Assembly (NCBI GenBank): GCA_963774265.1
Contig: CAVZDU010000010.1
Span: 320,001-384,000 of the forward strand
Source of the DNA: an uncultured Chloroflexia bacterium
GTDB lineage: Bacteria; Chloroflexota; Anaerolineae; CG2-30-64-16
Direction: 5' to 3'
DNA length: 64,000 nt
Part shown: piece after piece, positions 1 through 10,035 of the stretch
How positions within the stretch are numbered: the first letter of the stretch is position 1
Layout: the number at the start of each line of letters is the position of its first letter
The notes under the pieces: model-generated
Seen by the model: the letters and a program-made list of their open reading frames with translations, nothing else
Told to the model about the DNA's origin: nothing
Databases searched by the model: none
Position numbers and translations under genes: made by a program

Positions 1-1
1 A

Positions 2-697
2 CAACCGCCGTCCCGGTATACGGAAGCGTCCTTGGTGAAAGCTCTCGAGGAGTACGGTATCGGACGTCCCAGCACCTATGCAGCAATCATCTCGACGATC
101 CTCGAACGCGAATATGTCGAACGCTCGGAGAAGAAGCTGGTTCCGACTGAGTTGGGGTTCACGGTAAATGACCTATTGGTGAAGTACTTTGATTCGATAT
201 TCAATGTTGGCTTCACCGCACAGATGGAAGAACGGCTGGACAGCATATCTCGCGGGGAGACGGAGATGGAGCCGGTTCTGCGCCAATTCTATGATCTCTT
301 TGCGCCACAACTCCAGAACGCACAGCAGACGATGGAGAAGGTGTCCCTTGAGCCCGAGAAAACCGGCGAGTTCTGCCCTGATTGCGCCGGAGAGTTGGTT
401 ATTAAGCAGGGTCGCTACGGCCGGTTCGTTGGTTGCAGCAACTATCCCACCTGCCGTTTTACGAAGCCATTAGTGGCCAAGTTAGGAGTGCTCTGTCCCA
501 GAGATCGTGGCGAGATCGTTGAACGGCGCACTCGCACCGGGCGTGTCTTCTATGGGTGCGCCAATTATCCAGCGTGTGATTGGACTTCATGGAAGCGGCC
601 GGTGGCACAGGCGTGTCCCCAATGCGATGGGCTCATGGTTCTTGCCGCTAAGGACACGGTTGAGTGCACCGTGTGTGGTGCACGCGTGAAGATATAG
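2..697 (+). CDS. topA: DNA topoisomerase I, C-terminal part (5' end outside window)
   Basis: PPSRYTEASLVKALEEYGIGRPSTYA motif followed by C4 zinc-ribbon repeats (CPDC...CSNYPTC, CANYPAC, CPQC...CTVC). Confidence 0.95.
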   Translation, partial: QPPSRYTEASLVKALEEYGIGRPSTYAAIISTILEREYVERSEKKLVPTELGFTVNDLLVKYFDSIFNVGFTAQMEERLDSISRGETEMEPVLRQFYDLFAPQLQNAQQTMEKVSLEPEKTGEFCPDCAGELVIKQGRYGRFVGCSNYPTCRFTKPLVAKLGVLCPRDRGEIVERRTRTGRVFYGCANYPACDWTSWKRPVAQACPQCDGLMVLAAKDTVECTVCGARVKI

Positions 698-701
698 TAC
701 C

Positions 702-1679
702 ATGCAAGAGAGCATCGACCGGTACATCAAATACCTTGTGGCAGAGCGCAACGCCTCGGTTCACACGGTCAGTAACTACCGGCGTGAGATCTTACAGTTC
801 GCAGCCTTCGTCCAAGCGCAAGGCGTCAACTCGTGGATCGCTGTAACGCCAGCGCTCCTGCGCCGGTGGCTGGCCGAGCTGCACGCAGCCGGCTATGTTA
901 AGGCAAGCGTGGCGAGGCGCATCTCAGAGGTGCGGGCATTCTACGCGTTTCTGCGTCGGAACGGGCTGGTTGAAGTCAATCCGGTGCAGGCGATTCTGTC
1001 GCCGAAGCTCCCGCAGCGTCTGCCGCGTCCACTCACGCGAGACGAGGTCAGTCTTTTGATTGAGTCGCCCGACTTGTCAACGCCACAAGGGCAGAGAGAT
1101 CGCGCGATGCTTGAGCTGCTTTATGGCGGTGGCCTGCGAGTCAGCGAACTGCTGGCGTTGGATGTGTCCGATGTAAGCCTTGCGGAAGGCCAACTTAATG
1201 TCACTGGCAAGGGCGCAAAAGAGCGTGTTGCATTGATAGGCCAATGGGCGATTGAGGCGTTAGCGTTTTACCTGAACGAAGGGCGGCCGAAGCTGGCTGA
1301 AGCGGCCCACCGCTACGGCGGACGCACGCGTGCTGATGGCAAGTGGCTCGCCAGTCGCCCCACAGCGCTGTTCTTGAACCGTTTCGGCCAGCGTCTGTCA
1401 ACCAGCATGTTTACACGATCCTTGTCGGCCTATGCAGCAGGGGCAGGGATTGCCCATCCGGTCACACCTCATATGCTCCGGCACAGCTTCGCGACGCATT
1501 TGTTGGATGGTGGCGCTGATCTGCGTTCGGTGCAGGAGCTGATGGGGCACGAGTCGGTGAGCACGACGCAGATCTATACGCAGGTCAGTCAGAAGCAACT
1601 CACGGAAACTGTTCTCAAGGCTCATCCGCGCGCGGAGGAGTTCATAGCTAGAAGGAGCACCGATGCCTGGCTCTACTGA
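702..1679 (+). CDS. xerC: XerC/XerD-type tyrosine recombinase
   Basis: All catalytic motifs present: GLRVSEL, TGKGAKER, HMLRHSFATHLL, LMGH...TTQIYT; lies directly after topA. Confidence 0.88.
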   Translation: MQESIDRYIKYLVAERNASVHTVSNYRREILQFAAFVQAQGVNSWIAVTPALLRRWLAELHAAGYVKASVARRISEVRAFYAFLRRNGLVEVNPVQAILSPKLPQRLPRPLTRDEVSLLIESPDLSTPQGQRDRAMLELLYGGGLRVSELLALDVSDVSLAEGQLNVTGKGAKERVALIGQWAIEALAFYLNEGRPKLAEAAHRYGGRTRADGKWLASRPTALFLNRFGQRLSTSMFTRSLSAYAAGAGIAHPVTPHMLRHSFATHLLDGGADLRSVQELMGHESVSTTQIYTQVSQKQLTETVLKAHPRAEEFIARRSTDAWLY

Positions 1680-2751
1680 TATAGCGTCACGAGTAACTCG
1701 GCTGCGGGCTGTGCTGCCTGAGGCAGGCGCGGATGCCATAATCGTTTCTCAGCCTGAGAATCGGATGTACCTCAGCGGATTCAGCGGCTCCGCAGGAGTG
1801 TTGCTGATCTCCGCCGAACGGACGCTGATTGCCACCGACTTTCGCTACTTTGAGCAGGTAGGTCAGGAATGCCCCGACTTCGAGCTCATACCTGTCAAAA
1901 CCGATCTCTCCGACGTACTCCCTGAACTCATTGCTCGAGGGGGAGGGAAGCTGGTGGCTTTTGAGGCTGATCACGTGCCATTCGCAACCGCGAAGGGCTT
2001 CATGGACGCAGTCTCTGAGGTGCAGTGGCTGCCGACAAAGGGTATTGTCGCCGGGCTGCGAGCAATTAAGGACGAGGACGAATTGGCCCTCTTGCGCGAG
2101 GCGATTGTCCTCGCAGATAACGCATTGGCGTTTGGGCTGGCCTCGGCAGAACCCGGAATGACCGAGAACGCACTGGCATGGCTCATCGAAAGCTATATGC
2201 GCACACACGGAGCTCAAGGCGTTGCATTTGACATGACGGTGGCGTGTGGCCCGAATAGCGCGCTTCCTCATGCCCACGCAAGCGAAACGGTGCTTGAGGC
2301 TGGTCAGCCCATCGTGATCGATATGGGCGCCAAGGTACGCGGCTACCGTTCTGATCTGACGCGTACCGTCGTGCTGGGTCAGCCAAAGGACGAGGAGCGC
2401 TTCTGGGACGTTTTTAACATTGTGTTGAACGCGCAAGTGGCCACGGAGGCGGCGCTGAGACCAGGAATGACCGCGTCAGAGGCAGATGGGGTGGCGCGCG
2501 ATTTGATTTCGGCTGCAGGCTACGGCGCGAACTTCGGTCACGGCCTGGGACACGGTGTCGGTCTCGAAATCCACGAGCAACCGTTCCTCTCGCGTTTTTC
2601 GTCTGCCGTTATTCGACCTGGTATGATTGTCACAGTTGAACCCGGCATCTATTTGCCTGGTTGGGGTGGTGTGCGGATGGAGGATGTCGTCATGGTCACG
2701 GAAAATGGCGCCGAGGTGTTGACCTGCGCGCCTAAATACCCCATCATTTGA
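1663..2751 (+). CDS. Xaa-Pro aminopeptidase/dipeptidase (M24B)
   Basis: Creatinase-like N-domain; DMGA...YRSDLTRT, HGLGHGVGLEIHE, TVEPGIY, GVRMED. Confidence 0.93.
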   Translation: MPGSTDIASRVTRLRAVLPEAGADAIIVSQPENRMYLSGFSGSAGVLLISAERTLIATDFRYFEQVGQECPDFELIPVKTDLSDVLPELIARGGGKLVAFEADHVPFATAKGFMDAVSEVQWLPTKGIVAGLRAIKDEDELALLREAIVLADNALAFGLASAEPGMTENALAWLIESYMRTHGAQGVAFDMTVACGPNSALPHAHASETVLEAGQPIVIDMGAKVRGYRSDLTRTVVLGQPKDEERFWDVFNIVLNAQVATEAALRPGMTASEADGVARDLISAAGYGANFGHGLGHGVGLEIHEQPFLSRFSSAVIRPGMIVTVEPGIYLPGWGGVRMEDVVMVTENGAEVLTCAPKYPII

Positions 2752-2791
2752 GGCTCTTCGTTTTGCCGCATGCGTAACGGAGGAGGATGAC

Positions 2792-4090
2792 ATGAACCAA
2801 AACGGGCGTCCCTGGTACTTCTGGCCTCTCATTGCTTTCGTCGTCGGCTTGTTGATCGGTTGGCTCGTGATTGGCTGGCTGCTTTGGCCGATAACATGGA
2901 CCAACGCACTGCTGCAAGACCTCCGACCGGATCTGCGTAATCAGTATATCGCCATGGTTGCTGAGTCCTACGCGCAGACTGGTAATCTCGATCAGGCGCG
3001 CGGACGCCTTACTGGCTGGTCGACCGAGGAACTGTCCAAGATAATGGGCGACGCACAGGAAGTCCTCGTGGCGCGGGACGTTGCCGCGGCGCGCAACGTT
3101 CAGAGCCTCGCGGCCGCGGTCGGTGCAGCCGTTGGAGAATCAGGAACGGCTGGCGGCCAGAGCCAGGTGCAGCCGCAACCTTCTGCCGCCGCTTCCGCCC
3201 CCGCAGGGGGAACAAGCTCAACGCTCCGACGAGTCTGCACCGCCGCGCTCTTCGTGTTCCTGGCGATCGCTGCGCTGGCCCTGTTGATCTTCCTGTTCCG
3301 TCGTTGGCGCTCCGCGCACGATGGAGGAAGCACCGAGGGGGATGAGCCGCCATTTGACGTGTTGGAAACAAATAAAGCGGCTGCCGCGGCCGCCGAGCAG
3401 GAAAAGGCGCGCTGGTCAGCTTCGGAATCAGTTGTGAAGGATGATTGGCGGCCCGTTCGTGGGTCCGTCGACATATCGACGCGTCCAGGCCGCGAAGCGA
3501 CAGCTGACATCGAGTCGCGTCCTCTATCTCAGGAGCAACGACCTGACATTCCGCTGCGGCCCGTTGGCCCACCGCCCCCTGCCGCCGGCTGGTCTGACTT
3601 GGCGGAGGCTCGTCAACCCGCGCAGGTCACGCCCATTCCCCCCGCTTCTCCATCCAGCGCTGGGCTGCAGAAGCTGACCGAGAATACGGCAGTCTATCAA
3701 ATGGGCGAGCCGGATTACGACGAGGCGTTCGACATTAATGACCCGGTGGACGGCTACATGGGACAGTGTGGCCTGCAGTTGATTGAGCCCTTCGGCAGAG
3801 AACGCGATCAAGCCGTCGCCTTGCAGGTCTGGCTATGGGATTCGAGTGACCCCGACACCCAGGCACTGGTGCTGATGAGTGAGGGAGCATACCGGGATAC
3901 CTCGTTGCGCTCAGAGCACGAGGGTGAGCATGGAGCGCTCGCCGTCAAACCCGGGACTGAGTTTGAGTTGCACAGCCATGATCTGCTCTTGCGTGGCCGC
4001 GTTGAGAAGGTGTCCTACGCCGAAGCGGAACCTCCGCGCGGCATCTTTGCGGACCTGCATGTGAAGTTAACGGTCTATCGACGAAGCTAA
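2792..4090 (+). CDS. Hypothetical membrane protein (two TM segments, Pro/Ala-rich linker, acidic C-terminal domain)
   Basis: GGAGG RBS upstream; hydrophobic segments near aa 8-35 and 150-170; 432-aa ORF. Confidence 0.75.
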   Translation: MNQNGRPWYFWPLIAFVVGLLIGWLVIGWLLWPITWTNALLQDLRPDLRNQYIAMVAESYAQTGNLDQARGRLTGWSTEELSKIMGDAQEVLVARDVAAARNVQSLAAAVGAAVGESGTAGGQSQVQPQPSAAASAPAGGTSSTLRRVCTAALFVFLAIAALALLIFLFRRWRSAHDGGSTEGDEPPFDVLETNKAAAAAAEQEKARWSASESVVKDDWRPVRGSVDISTRPGREATADIESRPLSQEQRPDIPLRPVGPPPPAAGWSDLAEARQPAQVTPIPPASPSSAGLQKLTENTAVYQMGEPDYDEAFDINDPVDGYMGQCGLQLIEPFGRERDQAVALQVWLWDSSDPDTQALVLMSEGAYRDTSLRSEHEGEHGALAVKPGTEFELHSHDLLLRGRVEKVSYAEAEPPRGIFADLHVKLTVYRRS

Positions 4091-4105
4091 CCTCTCGCCG
4101 GCATA

Positions 4106-4154
4106 AGGACACCACAGGGCGCGGTCAGTGAACAACCGCATACTGTGGTGTCTT
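4106..4154. terminator. Hairpin between convergent genes, probable bidirectional terminator
   Basis: GACACCACAG...CTGTGGTGTC outer stem with inner GCGGT/ACCGC stem; no clear U-tract. Confidence 0.5.
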
Positions 4155-4177
4155 CGCGCAGAGCTGAGGCCTGCTTC

Positions 4178-5338
4178 TCAGACGCGTTCCTCCGGATCGT
4201 AGAGACGCTTATATTCCAGGATAGCGTATCGGTCGGTCATGCCGGCGATGTAGTCGCATATTACGCGCTCGGCTGGTTCATTCCCCCGCAACATGCGAGC
4301 TTGAATTTCCTTCGGAAGCTGGCGCGGTTCCTCGTGATACGAGGTGAATAAGGCAGTCAGCATCCGGTTTGCTTTGTATGCCATCCGAACAACACGCGGG
4401 TGACGATAGAAGTTCTTCATCAGGAAGGCCTTGAGTTCCATGTTGAGTTCGAAGATCTGGCTCGAGTATACGGCAATGTTTTTCCCCACGGCTCGAATAT
4501 CGTTCACCGTACGCACACCGCTCGCCGCCAAATTCTCCGCCGTGGCCGTAATGGCATCCGTGACCTCAATGCCCATGAGCCTCCGGATCGCCCGTGCCCG
4601 TAGCTTATCCTCAAGCCGGCAATTAGTTGGGAGGCCCAACGACGCCATCGCGCTTCTCCAGATCCCCAGTTCGCGTACGTCCAGGTAGTCCAACACGCCG
4701 CTTCGCAGTCCATCATCTAAGTCTGCGATGTTGTATGCGATTTCGTCTGCAAGGTTGCTGATCTGGCACTCCAACGATCCTGCGCGATCGGGCTCATAGC
4801 CAGTGGCGTCCGCGACATCGTGGTCTGTGTCGTGTTTCACGAGGCCTTCACGCACTTCGTAGGTTAGATTGAGACCAGGAAAGTCCTCGTAGCGATCCTC
4901 CAAGATTGTTACGATGCGCATTGTCTGTCGCTGGTGATCGAACCCGCCATGATCGGACATCAGTTGGTTAAGCGTCACTTCGCCAGTATGACCGAACGCC
5001 GGATGTCCCAGGTCGTGCGCCAGACAGATGGCTTCAGTCAGATCCTCGTTTGCGCCGAGGGCGCGTGCCATAGAGCGCCCGATCTGCGCGACCTCTACGG
5101 TATGGGTGAGGCGGTTGCGATAGTGATCACCTTCGTGATACACGAACACCTGGGTCTTATAATCGAGACGACGAAAGGCTGCGGTGTGGATTACACGGTC
5201 GCGATCGCGTTGGAAAGCCGTACGATAGATGTGCTCATCTTCCGGATAGACGCGGCCGCGGCTTGCGCCGCTGCAGACTGCATAAGGGGCCAGGGTATTG
5301 CATTCGCGGGCCTCGATGTCGTCTCGGCTGAGAAACAT
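4178..5338 (-). CDS. dgt: Deoxyguanosinetriphosphate triphosphohydrolase (HD family)
   Basis: RTAFQRDRDRVIH, KTQVF, RNRLTHT, LAHDLGHPAFGH, DYIAGMTDRYA. Confidence 0.95.
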   Translation of the reverse strand: MFLSRDDIEARECNTLAPYAVCSGASRGRVYPEDEHIYRTAFQRDRDRVIHTAAFRRLDYKTQVFVYHEGDHYRNRLTHTVEVAQIGRSMARALGANEDLTEAICLAHDLGHPAFGHTGEVTLNQLMSDHGGFDHQRQTMRIVTILEDRYEDFPGLNLTYEVREGLVKHDTDHDVADATGYEPDRAGSLECQISNLADEIAYNIADLDDGLRSGVLDYLDVRELGIWRSAMASLGLPTNCRLEDKLRARAIRRLMGIEVTDAITATAENLAASGVRTVNDIRAVGKNIAVYSSQIFELNMELKAFLMKNFYRHPRVVRMAYKANRMLTALFTSYHEEPRQLPKEIQARMLRGNEPAERVICDYIAGMTDRYAILEYKRLYDPEERV

Positions 5339-5386
5339 GGCATGCCCTCCTGCTTCATGAGGTTTGGCGTTGCAGATTGGTAGCTT

Positions 5387-5824
5387 TCACCCGTTCCCTT
5401 GGGCTTGAAGCCAGGTCAATTGCTCATCCAGGCTTTGGTGGATCGAAAGATCGATCTCGTCACACTCATCGGGCGATGTCTGAGCGCGCATGGCGGTGAT
5501 GAGTCGGTCCAGATCATCCGTTGACAAGTCCGGAATCCGAGCCAAAGCCGAACGGATCGAGGGTGCATCGCTGCAGCCTCCAGCGTCTTCGTTTTCTTGC
5601 GGAGGGTTATGCCTCGCGAAGGTGATCAACTCAAGTCGGCCGTTGGCTTTCTGCTTGGTATAGATACGGTGACGTAGCTTCGAGACGTGATCGGCCTCGC
5701 GAAAACAATAGAGTTTCCATAGCCGCTCGTCGGGCAGCATTACCAGCAAATCGTTGGCAATCAGGTCAAGGAGGATTTCCCGAGCATCTGGACATGGACA
5801 TTCTTTGAGCATGCCTTGCGACAT
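5387..5824 (-). CDS. Hypothetical protein
   Basis: 145-aa ORF with GAGG RBS, co-oriented upstream of dgt. Confidence 0.6.
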   Translation of the reverse strand: MSQGMLKECPCPDAREILLDLIANDLLVMLPDERLWKLYCFREADHVSKLRHRIYTKQKANGRLELITFARHNPPQENEDAGGCSDAPSIRSALARIPDLSTDDLDRLITAMRAQTSPDECDEIDLSIHQSLDEQLTWLQAQGNG

Positions 5825-6075
5825 AGCTTTCCTCTTCGTAAGAACTCCTTTCCTTGAGCAACAATGGGAGTGTACCCGCGCCGGGAAGGGGTGTCAAACC
5901 ACTTCTCAGTTGATACCTGCGTGTCAAGCCGAATGACGGTGTTGTCGAGCGGTGTTTGGGACATTCACGCGGTATACTATATGGTGCTTGCCGGAGTTGT
6001 GTTGTGGGCATCGTGGCCCTGAGCCTCTCTTACGCAATCATCCTGCTCCAACTGGGAGCGAAGAAGGAGCACAGT

Positions 6076-7383
6076 ATGAAAGCAGTCGGCATTCCCGAAC
6101 TCGCGACTCCCGAGTTCAAAACGTTGGTAAGCCAGTGCATTCACTGCGGACTCTGCCTGCAGTCATGCCCTACCTACGACGTGTTCGGAACGGAGATGGA
6201 CGCGCCGCGCGGTCGCATCGCACTAATGCGTGCAGCCTCCGAGGGACGCATTAGTGCGGAGGAATTCTCCGGCGCATTCTCGAAACACATCAATCTCTGC
6301 CTATCCTGTCTTTCCTGCCAGACAGCCTGCCCGTCAGGCGTCAAGTACGCCCAACTGATCGAAACGACGAAGGTGGCGTTGGACAAGCGACATAAGCAGG
6401 GCGTAGGCGAGAGGTTAATCCGCTGGGTGGGCCTGGTGCAAACCATGCCCTACGTGGGCAGGCTCAAAGCAATGGCCCGGCTCCTGAAGATATATCAGGT
6501 CACCGGGTTGCAGGGGCTGGTGCGCCGGTTGAACTTTCTGCCGAGACCGCTGAAGGCGGCGGAGGCCATCTTGCCGCCGATCACGACGAAGTATCGCGAT
6601 TACAGCCATCCTGCACCAGCCATTGGGGAGAAACGCGGACAGGTGGCATTCTTCATCGGCTGTATCCAGGAGGCGTTTCTGGCGCCGGTGAACGAGGCGA
6701 CCATCCGCGTATTGCAGCGCAACGGTTTTGAGGTGCACTTTCCCGCGGGGCAGACTTGTTGCGGTGCGGCCCACCTCCACATTGGCGAAGAGGCGTTGGC
6801 ACGTGACCTGGCCCGCAAGAACATCGACGCGTTCGCCAAGTACGACATGATCATCAACAACGCAGGCGGGTGCGGCGCCACGCTCAAGGATGAGTACGAG
6901 GGCCTGTTCCACGATGATCCGGTCTATGTGGAAAAGGCGCGCGCCTTCCGTAGCAAGGTCAAGGATATCAATGAGTTCATCATCGAGAACATGAACGAGC
7001 GGCCCACGGGCGTCGTTCCTCTCAAGGTGACCTACTCCGATTCATGTCACCTGCGGCACGCGCAGAAGATCGTCAAGCAGCCCCGGGCGCTGCTCCGCAT
7101 GATCCCCGGCTTGGAACTCGTCGAGCTGAAACAGCCCGATCGCTGCTGCGGCAGCGCCGGGGTGTACAATATCGTGCATTCGGAGACGGCGGATCAGGTG
7201 CTGGATGCGAAGATGACCGACATCGCGGCCACCGGCGCCAGCGTTATTGTCGCCACCAACACCGGATGCCACATGCAGCTAGTGGCCGGCGTGCGCCGTG
7301 CGGGCCTTAGTGCAAAGGTGATGCACGTCGTCGAGTTGCTGGACATGTCCTATGGGGGGACGAATGGGAAGGGAGCGAATTAG
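6076..7383 (+). CDS. glcF: Glycolate oxidase iron-sulfur subunit (2x 4Fe-4S plus CCG domains)
   Basis: [12 protein letters not shown] and [12 protein letters not shown] ferredoxin motifs, TCCGA and RCCGSAG; AAGGAG RBS before ATG 6076. Confidence 0.9.
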   Translation: MKAVGIPELATPEFKTLVSQCIHCGLCLQSCPTYDVFGTEMDAPRGRIALMRAASEGRISAEEFSGAFSKHINLCLSCLSCQTACPSGVKYAQLIETTKVALDKRHKQGVGERLIRWVGLVQTMPYVGRLKAMARLLKIYQVTGLQGLVRRLNFLPRPLKAAEAILPPITTKYRDYSHPAPAIGEKRGQVAFFIGCIQEAFLAPVNEATIRVLQRNGFEVHFPAGQTCCGAAHLHIGEEALARDLARKNIDAFAKYDMIINNAGGCGATLKDEYEGLFHDDPVYVEKARAFRSKVKDINEFIIENMNERPTGVVPLKVTYSDSCHLRHAQKIVKQPRALLRMIPGLELVELKQPDRCCGSAGVYNIVHSETADQVLDAKMTDIAATGASVIVATNTGCHMQLVAGVRRAGLSAKVMHVVELLDMSYGGTNGKGAN

Positions 7384-7384
7384 C

Positions 7385-9949
7385 ATGGCACAGGTGGGCC
7401 CTCACCCAAAGATTCGCTCGCTGGCCATCTTGTTTGAGCCGAATCAGGTCGTCAGCGACCCCATCGAATTGATGACCTACGAGAAAGATGCCAGCCTGGA
7501 TCGGGGCGTCCCCGATGCAGCGGTCTTCCCGAGGACAACCGACGATGTCGTCAAGATCGTCAAATGGTCCATCGAGACGAATACCCCCGTTGTGGCGCGT
7601 GGCGCTGGAACCGGCCTCTCCGGCGGCGCGGTGGCAGAGCATGGGGGCCTCATCGTTGGGTTCTCCCGCATGAACAAGATCACTGAGTTTGATGAGGCGG
7701 GCCGCAGCGTCGTTGTAGAGCCAGGCGTTGTTAATCTCGTGCTTGATGAGCACGTCAAGGCCTCGGGCCTTTACTACCCTCCCGATCCCGCAAGCGGTCG
7801 CACCGCAACCACCGGCGGCAACATCGCAGAGAACGCAGGCGGACCTCACTGCTTCAAGTACGGCGTCACCACAAACTACATCACCGGGCTGGAGGTAGTG
7901 CTTGCCGACGGCCAGGTCGTGAGATTGGGCGGTCGCGCTCTGGATTATCCAGAGCTCGACTTTGTCGGCCTGATGACCGGGAATGAAGGGACACTTTGTA
8001 TCATTACCGAAGCAAGTGCTCGTCTTCTGCGGTGTCCTCCCGCAATCAAGACCGCGTTGGCGTCCTTCGACTCGGTCGAGGCGGCCGGCGAGGCTGTGTC
8101 GGCAGTCATCGCAGCCGGACTGACACCAGCCACGATGGAGATGATGGATCAGAAGATCATGAAGATCCTTGAGGACTACACGCATGCCGGCCTGCCTGTG
8201 GAGGCAGGGGCCGCGCTCATCATCGAGGCAGACGGCTATGCGGAGGGCGTCGCACCCCAGATGGAGGAGATTTCTTCGATTCTCCGCCGGCGTCATGCGC
8301 GCGAGATTCGCATTGCACAGACTGCTGAGGAGCGCGATAGGATCTGGTACGGCCGGAAAAGCGCTGCGGGCGCCATGGCCCGCCTCGCGCCGGCCTACTA
8401 CCTTGCGGACGGCATCGTACCGCGCAGCCAGCTGGCCCAAACGCTTGCCGAGATCAACGCTGAAATCGAGCGCAATCACCTCAGAGTAGGTTACGTCTTC
8501 CACGCTGGCGACGGCAACCTGCATCCGTTTATTCTGATTGACGATCCAACGGACCGTGAACTGATGCAGCAGATCCTCCTGGTTGGGCAGCGGGTCATGG
8601 AGATCTGCGTGGCAAAGGGGGGCAGCGTCACGGGCGAGCACGGCGTAGGCAGCGAAAAGCGCAGTTACATGCCCCTCATGTACACTCCGGAGGAGCTGGC
8701 GGTGATGCGGGAGGTCAAGCAGCTTTTCGATCCGCACCAGCGTCTCAACCCGGGCAAGATCTTTCCGCCGACCTGGAGACGCCAGCACCAAAGCCTGCAG
8801 CCAGCCTGGCTCCGGCAACTCCTTGTGCGCCGGCCACGACCCAAGAGGCGGCGGAAGCCATCCGGGCCTGGGTGCACGAAGCGAAGACGATCCGTGTCGC
8901 AGGCGCAAGTACAAAATCCTCCTGCCTGCCCCCGACCGATGTGATTCTGCAGACCCAACGCCTTTCGGGGATCAAGTCGTATGCGCTGGAAGATCTTTAC
9001 GTAACGGTGGGCGCCGGCACCCGTCTTGCGGACCTGCAGGCCGAGCTGGCACGCGACAAGATGTGGGTTCCGCTCATATCCCCTTGGCCCGTCGCAACTG
9101 TTGGCGGCATCGTCTCCGCCAATTTCAACGCACCCTTGCGCATGCGCTACGGCGGCATCCGCGATCTGGTGCTCGCCGCATCGGTGGTGCTGCCTGATGG
9201 CCGCGTGATCCAGGCAGGGCGGCCGGTGGTTAAGAACGTCGCAGGCTACGACGTGACGAAGCTGTTCGTTGGCGCGCACGGTTCGCTGGGGCTACTGACT
9301 GAAGTCTCGCTCAAGCTTGCCCCACTTCCTCGGGCACGCGCTAGCATGATCATTCCGGTCGCTTCGCTCGCTGAAGGGTTGACACGCGGCCAGAGACTGC
9401 TGCGAGTCTGTCTGGTAGCCTCCAGCCTGCTGCTGTGCCAGAGGTGCGATCTTCCCGGTCTGTCATCGCTGCATGCACTGATCTATACGGTGGAGGGGAT
9501 GGCCGAAGACGTGACTGCGGAGCTGGCGGAGGTGCGGGCGATGCTGCAAGCGGATGGTGCAACAGGGCTGATGCAGGTCGATTCACCGTCAGGCAGTCAA
9601 GCCTGGGCCGACTGGTTAGCTTCCTCGAGCCCCAGGGGGGAGCCCTCCCTTGTGGTGCGCGCCGGCGTTGCGCCGAAGGACCTGCCCACACTCGTCATCG
9701 ATCTGGCGCCAGGCCTGGATGATGCTTCCTTCTGGGCTGACCTGGCGAATGGCATGCTATATGCGCGTGATGCACCCCTCAGGCCCATCCGCAGCGCGGC
9801 ACGGTCCTCTGGCGGATATGCTGTGGCGCTGTCGGGCGACGCGGCCGATCGATGGGGCCACACGCCGGCTGGGCTGCATCTGATGCGAGCCCTCAAAGCG
9901 CGTTGGGATGAGCATGGTCTCTTTTAACCCCGGCGCCTTTATCGTCTAA
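7385..9949 (+). CDS. GlcD-GlcE fusion FAD-linked oxidase, copy 1 (frameshifts near 8770 and 9922, probably sequencing errors)
   Basis: [35 protein letters not shown], then GlcE-like VVKNVAGYD; removing one T at 9922-9925 restores the LFNPGAFIV* end seen in copy 2. Confidence 0.82.
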
Positions 9950-10035
9950 TCGGCTTATGGGACATAGCAGCCGGCGCGAGAATGTGACGTTGCTCCTCGC
10001 TGCGCTGGCCGCGATCACCTGACAGGAGGGCCAGA

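Noticed and set aside
702-1679. Tyrosine recombinase as the integrase of a mobile element
   Set aside because: XerC-like length and motifs in the usual position after topA; no att repeats or cargo seen.
4178-5338. dGTPase as an anti-phage defence gene
   Set aside because: Short housekeeping-type Dgt in a core neighbourhood with no defence genes nearby.
7307-8914. 535-aa antisense ORF, and similar long ones such as 45356-46474
   Set aside because: Shadow ORFs opposite conserved genes, expected with high-GC codon bias; no recognisable motifs.
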